Positions 60,648-64,000 of a stretch of 64,000 nucleotides of DNA are shown one piece after another. Every line of letters starts with the position of its first letter. The first letter of the stretch is position 1. The DNA comes from Nitrososphaerota archaeon. GTDB lineage: Archaea; Thermoproteota; Nitrososphaeria_A; Caldarchaeales; Caldarchaeaceae. Both the position numbers and the translations under genes were made by a program. The DNA is taken from positions 768,001 to 832,000 of the forward strand of contig JBEPYN010000001.1 of NCBI GenBank assembly GCA_041641305.1. Direction: 5' to 3'. Under the pieces are notes generated by a model. That model had not been told where the DNA came from. It ran no database searches and saw nothing but the letters and a program-made list of their open reading frames with translations.

Positions 60648-61399
60648 GGGATGAGCTCCTCGTCGCCGACTCTGTAAACTATTCCATCCATGAGGCTGAC
60701 ATGCAGCGGCGAAACTCTCTTTTTCTCATCGTCATAGGGAACAATCAGGTTTACCGTGGGTTTACCGAGGTATTCGCCGATAGATGTGTTTCGCCAATCG
60801 ACCACATTTGCGACCAAATAGCTTCCTTTCACCGATGACTGCATGTAAGAGGGGAAATAATACACTGTTTGTGCAGTTTTCTGATTTAGCACAGCAACGT
60901 CACCAATCGTCACTTTGTCCACGGAAACTATGCTCTCCCTCGCCCCAAGCCTCGTAATCGACCACGCTGCCTCGAGCAACATCTCTTCCCAGCCTACACC
61001 GAAAAACTTTCGGGCATCCTGCTCCTCAAACAGGTAAACAATTTTTACACGGTCATCTGCAGAGCTGATCCCACGGTAGACCTTGCTCACTGCTGCCGCA
61101 TCAGTCCTTATCTGTTTTTCGTCAACGTCGTATGAAACAATTTTGCTCAAGTCGTTGTACTCGATTAATGGAAGATTTTGAGATAGGTATATTCCTTTGA
61201 ACAGTGTTCTGATTTTTTCGGCTGAGCTGTTTGAATCACTGTTCTCAGCCCAGTTGTTTTTTAGTGCGATTGGCTGTGCAAGGGCGCCGATTAAGGTTGT
61301 TGGGGGTATTGTTTTGAGGGCGGGGCGGCTTTTGGTGAAGGCGTGGTAGTTGATGTAGAGGCCCCAGTGAGGCGTTGCCTCGACTTTGAGAAATTTCAT
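60641..61399 (-). CDS. cas5: Cas5 (type I-A)
   Basis: Motifs PPTTLIGALA and RLGARES. Confidence 0.88.
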   Translation of the reverse strand: MKFLKVEATPHWGLYINYHAFTKSRPALKTIPPTTLIGALAQPIALKNNWAENSDSNSSAEKIRTLFKGIYLSQNLPLIEYNDLSKIVSYDVDEKQIRTDAAAVSKVYRGISSADDRVKIVYLFEEQDARKFFGVGWEEMLLEAAWSITRLGARESIVSVDKVTIGDVAVLNQKTAQTVYYFPSYMQSSVKGSYLVANVVDWRNTSIGEYLGKPTVNLIVPYDDEKKRVSPLHVSLMDGIVYRVGDEELIPW

Positions 61400-62490
61400 G
61401 TTCTGCCCGCTAGAATTTCCTCGAGAACAAGGGTGAACAATTGCTCGACAGAGTCCGCCTTCATCACGCCGTCGGGAACCGGTTTCTCCTTGCTGTAGGC
61501 AAAGATTTTCATCTCCTCTTTTTTGCCGAATCTCTGCAGCATCTCCTTCATGGAATCTGCTCGTTTAACAGTATTCTCAACAAAGTCGGGAAACTGAGGC
61601 GGGCTGATGACGAAAGGCCTCTGACGTGAAACAACGGCCCCGAGGCTCAGCACATCCTCTATTGGGAGGAAACGGCTTCTCTTGGCCCCGAAGCTGTGGC
61701 CTGTGAAGAGCCGCGCCGCTGCCAGTAGAGCAATCTTCATCCTATCCAGACGGTCTGTGACGGCATCCTCAACCTTGACCATGCTTGTCCTCCCAATAGA
61801 ATCGAGGTTGATGTTGAAGGTGAAGCCGTAGACTGCGGAGGCGAGCTCTACATAGTAGATGGCCTGTCCCTGCCTCTCTTTCACAGTTTTCGCTTGATTC
61901 TTCTCTTCACCCCCCTCCTGCGACTCCTCCTGTTTCACCGTCTCGCTTGCAACATACCTGACGTGAAACTGACTCTCCATAGCCGTCGAATCGAGAGCGT
62001 CGAATACAGGAACAGCGTATCCTATCTGGAAACATGAGGTCCGTTTAACGGGAACTCCTTCAGCTATCAAGAAGCCGCCAATGTCGGCGACGACGCTCAG
62101 CTTGATCGCCGTCTTTTCAACAAGGTGCTTCTGCTCAACCGTTTTCTCTTCTTTTTTTCCGCCTTTTGTTTTGATGATTGAGGATAGTTCATCGGGCATG
62201 TGTTTGAGGTCGCCGAATTTTATGAATTCACCTCTCTTCGACCATTCGTCGAGAGGTGCTTTTTCACCATAGAGGTTGATGGCCTCTTCTACTATTGCTT
62301 GTTGGTAGGCGTGTCCGAGGCTTTCGCCGCTTATGGCAGGTACGTACAGTAGTTTAAAGCCATCCGGTGTCGGGACAACAATGGGGGCTTTCCTGTGTTT
62401 GGAGAGGTTGCCGATGCTCTCAACCATGTTAAGGGCCTCTACGTTGCATAAAAACCGGACACCCATCGAGAGAAACATCTCATTCCTCAC
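61396..62490 (-). CDS. cas7: Cas7/Csa2 (DevR family)
   Basis: Motifs LNMVESIGN, VPAISGESL, DIGGFL, VKRTS and GAKRSRFLP. Confidence 0.92.
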   Translation of the reverse strand: MRNEMFLSMGVRFLCNVEALNMVESIGNLSKHRKAPIVVPTPDGFKLLYVPAISGESLGHAYQQAIVEEAINLYGEKAPLDEWSKRGEFIKFGDLKHMPDELSSIIKTKGGKKEEKTVEQKHLVEKTAIKLSVVADIGGFLIAEGVPVKRTSCFQIGYAVPVFDALDSTAMESQFHVRYVASETVKQEESQEGGEEKNQAKTVKERQGQAIYYVELASAVYGFTFNINLDSIGRTSMVKVEDAVTDRLDRMKIALLAAARLFTGHSFGAKRSRFLPIEDVLSLGAVVSRQRPFVISPPQFPDFVENTVKRADSMKEMLQRFGKKEEMKIFAYSKEKPVPDGVMKADSVEQLFTLVLEEILAGRT

Positions 62491-62815
62491 CTCTTTTTTC
62501 GGGAAATGCGAGCGCCAATGCTGCTAGAACCTTGGCTGCGCTTAGGTCTTCCTTGATCAGTTCGACGACCTTTCTCACATGGGCTTCGGAGGGGATGTGG
62601 ACTTTTTCACCGGCGTCTGCTGCGCTTCTAGCTTCTCTCAAAGCCTCCATAACAGCTACCTCGGCGATTCTGTGGTTAAAGGCGTTGGCCAACCGATCTA
62701 CGTATCCATACTTGCTTTCTATCACGAAGTAGCGAAAGGTTCGGGCCACATCCATCAACGAACTCCATTCTTCATCCGAGAAACGCGAATCCTTTGCCAA
62801 AACCTCTGTTGGCAC
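62480..62815 (-). CDS. csa5: Csa5/Cas11 small subunit
   Basis: YGYVDRLANA..ALR motif; upstream of cas7. Confidence 0.8.
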   Translation of the reverse strand: MPTEVLAKDSRFSDEEWSSLMDVARTFRYFVIESKYGYVDRLANAFNHRIAEVAVMEALREARSAADAGEKVHIPSEAHVRKVVELIKEDLSAAKVLAALALAFPEKRGEE

Positions 62816-62911
62816 GCGTAGAAGTGTTATTGGAGGAAAATAAGCTTTTCTGTTATTTGAGAAATTTTCAAGAAAATGAAAAACTTTAAGGCTGACTGAA
62901 AACCTCTACAA

Positions 62912-63592
62912 TTGATGAGAAAAACGATAATGGTGACACTTGGTTACACTGAATGGCCTGTTGTGTCGTCGCTGGTTAAGCATGGGCTTGAGCCGGGGGA
63001 CCGAATCATCACAATTGTTCCATCAAAAAGTGATGCAAGGTCGAGCGCGGCTATGCAGGAGATTCGCAATTTTTTGTCCAAGTTTTCGCCGGGTGTCGCG
63101 TTGGAGGTTTTGACCGTGGATGTGATGAAGTTTGAACAGGCTGTGGCCGCGGTTCTGAAACGCTTATTCAATGAGAAGAGAGAGGGCCGGAACGTTATCG
63201 TCAACTTAAGCGGCGGCATGAGGATATTGATTCTCGAGACCTACACAGCTCTCGTGTTGTCGGGGGCCGGTGCCGCAGTCTCCGAGATAATCACGGAGGA
63301 TAAGCAGGAACTTGTGCTGCCAAGCCTCTCCACTGTAGACCTCTTCAGTCTGTTGAAAAAGTCTGATGTCAGGATACTTGAGGCTGCTAAGAACTCCGAA
63401 AGCGTTGTGGCCCTTGCGAAAACTGCGCGTCTTCCTCTTGCTACAGCCTATAGGCGTGTGGTTGCGTTGGAGAGGATTGGGCTTTTGACGACCGTTAAAC
63501 GCAATAGAGTGAGGACGGTTTCACTGACGGCTTTGGGCCGTGTTGTTCTCGAAGTTTTTCCTGAGAGACGGGAGGGTGTGGTGAGTTGGTGA
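62912..63592 (+). CDS. csa3: Csa3 CARF-HTH regulator
   Basis: Motifs TLGY and NLSGGMRIL, with a C-terminal HTH. Confidence 0.9.
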   Translation: MMRKTIMVTLGYTEWPVVSSLVKHGLEPGDRIITIVPSKSDARSSAAMQEIRNFLSKFSPGVALEVLTVDVMKFEQAVAAVLKRLFNEKREGRNVIVNLSGGMRILILETYTALVLSGAGAAVSEIITEDKQELVLPSLSTVDLFSLLKKSDVRILEAAKNSESVVALAKTARLPLATAYRRVVALERIGLLTTVKRNRVRTVSLTALGRVVLEVFPERREGVVSW

Positions 63593-64000
63593 CGGGGTAT
63601 GTTCTGAGGCTTGTGTCTGCACAGCCTATTCCGATGGATTTTTTCTCGGGTTTCGCGGTCAGAGGCCTGTTCTTCAAGTTTCTGAAAAGGTTTGACAGCG
63701 TGTTGGCTGATGAGGTTCATGACGCGAGGGCTCTGAGTCCCTACAGCGTCTCGCCTGTTGAGACGTTGGCGGGTCGTGGAATTTTCTACGGTGTTGTTCA
63801 GCCCGGCTTTGTTTTTCAGATGAGGATGAATGCGTTGAACGGTGTGGTGAACGATGCTTTGATGAAGAGTTTGCTCTCGGTTGATGCGTCGCGTCTGGAG
63901 CTGAATGGTGTGGAGGTTTGGCTGAGGGAGATTGCTGTGAAGAATTGGGAGCCTCTGGAGAGGGTTGATGTCTATGAGGGGTTGAGGTTCTCTGTTCGGT
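63589..64000 (+). CDS. cas6: Cas6 endoribonuclease, 3'-partial
   Basis: Manual translation FSGFAVRGLFF..LADEVH..PYSVSP; GTGA overlap with csa3; runs off the window. Confidence 0.75.
   Translation, partial: MTGYVLRLVSAQPIPMDFFSGFAVRGLFFKFLKRFDSVLADEVHDARALSPYSVSPVETLAGRGIFYGVVQPGFVFQMRMNALNGVVNDALMKSLLSVDASRLELNGVEVWLREIAVKNWEPLERVDVYEGLRFSVR

Overview
Archaeal chromosomal window, most consistent with a thermophilic Caldiarchaeum-like (Aigarchaeota) genome; this is inferred from gene content, not from a search. Bases 1-25.9 kb are housekeeping: nucleoside salvage, prpD/prpC, trpS, an asd-led archaeal alternative shikimate operon, an ECF S component with pantoate kinase, mptE/mptA, ATP-dependent DNA ligase, TrmB, QueT, a 7TM-KaiC-like fusion, a dead HEPN-MNT pair and the tetraether lipid synthase tes. 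About 25.9-56.9 kb is a patchwork accessory island that starts right after tes and ends at an orphan 3' fragment of a rad50/sbcC-type gene. It holds a decayed second copy of the tes 3' end, a membrane-anchored ubiquitin-like protein, two intact HEPN-MNT pairs, an ApeA-like HEPN protein, a Tat-exported NXR/NAR-type molybdoenzyme operon bracketed by inverted IS remnants, an IS5 element with TIRs, a frameshifted Psr/Phs-type reductase operon, an SPFH/Zn-ribbon membrane operon, and an HxlR - 31-aa Cys peptide - merA unit. Bases 57.2-64 kb are a type I-A CRISPR-Cas interference operon with divergent csa3 and a partial cas6. No CRISPR array, tRNA or rRNA was seen.
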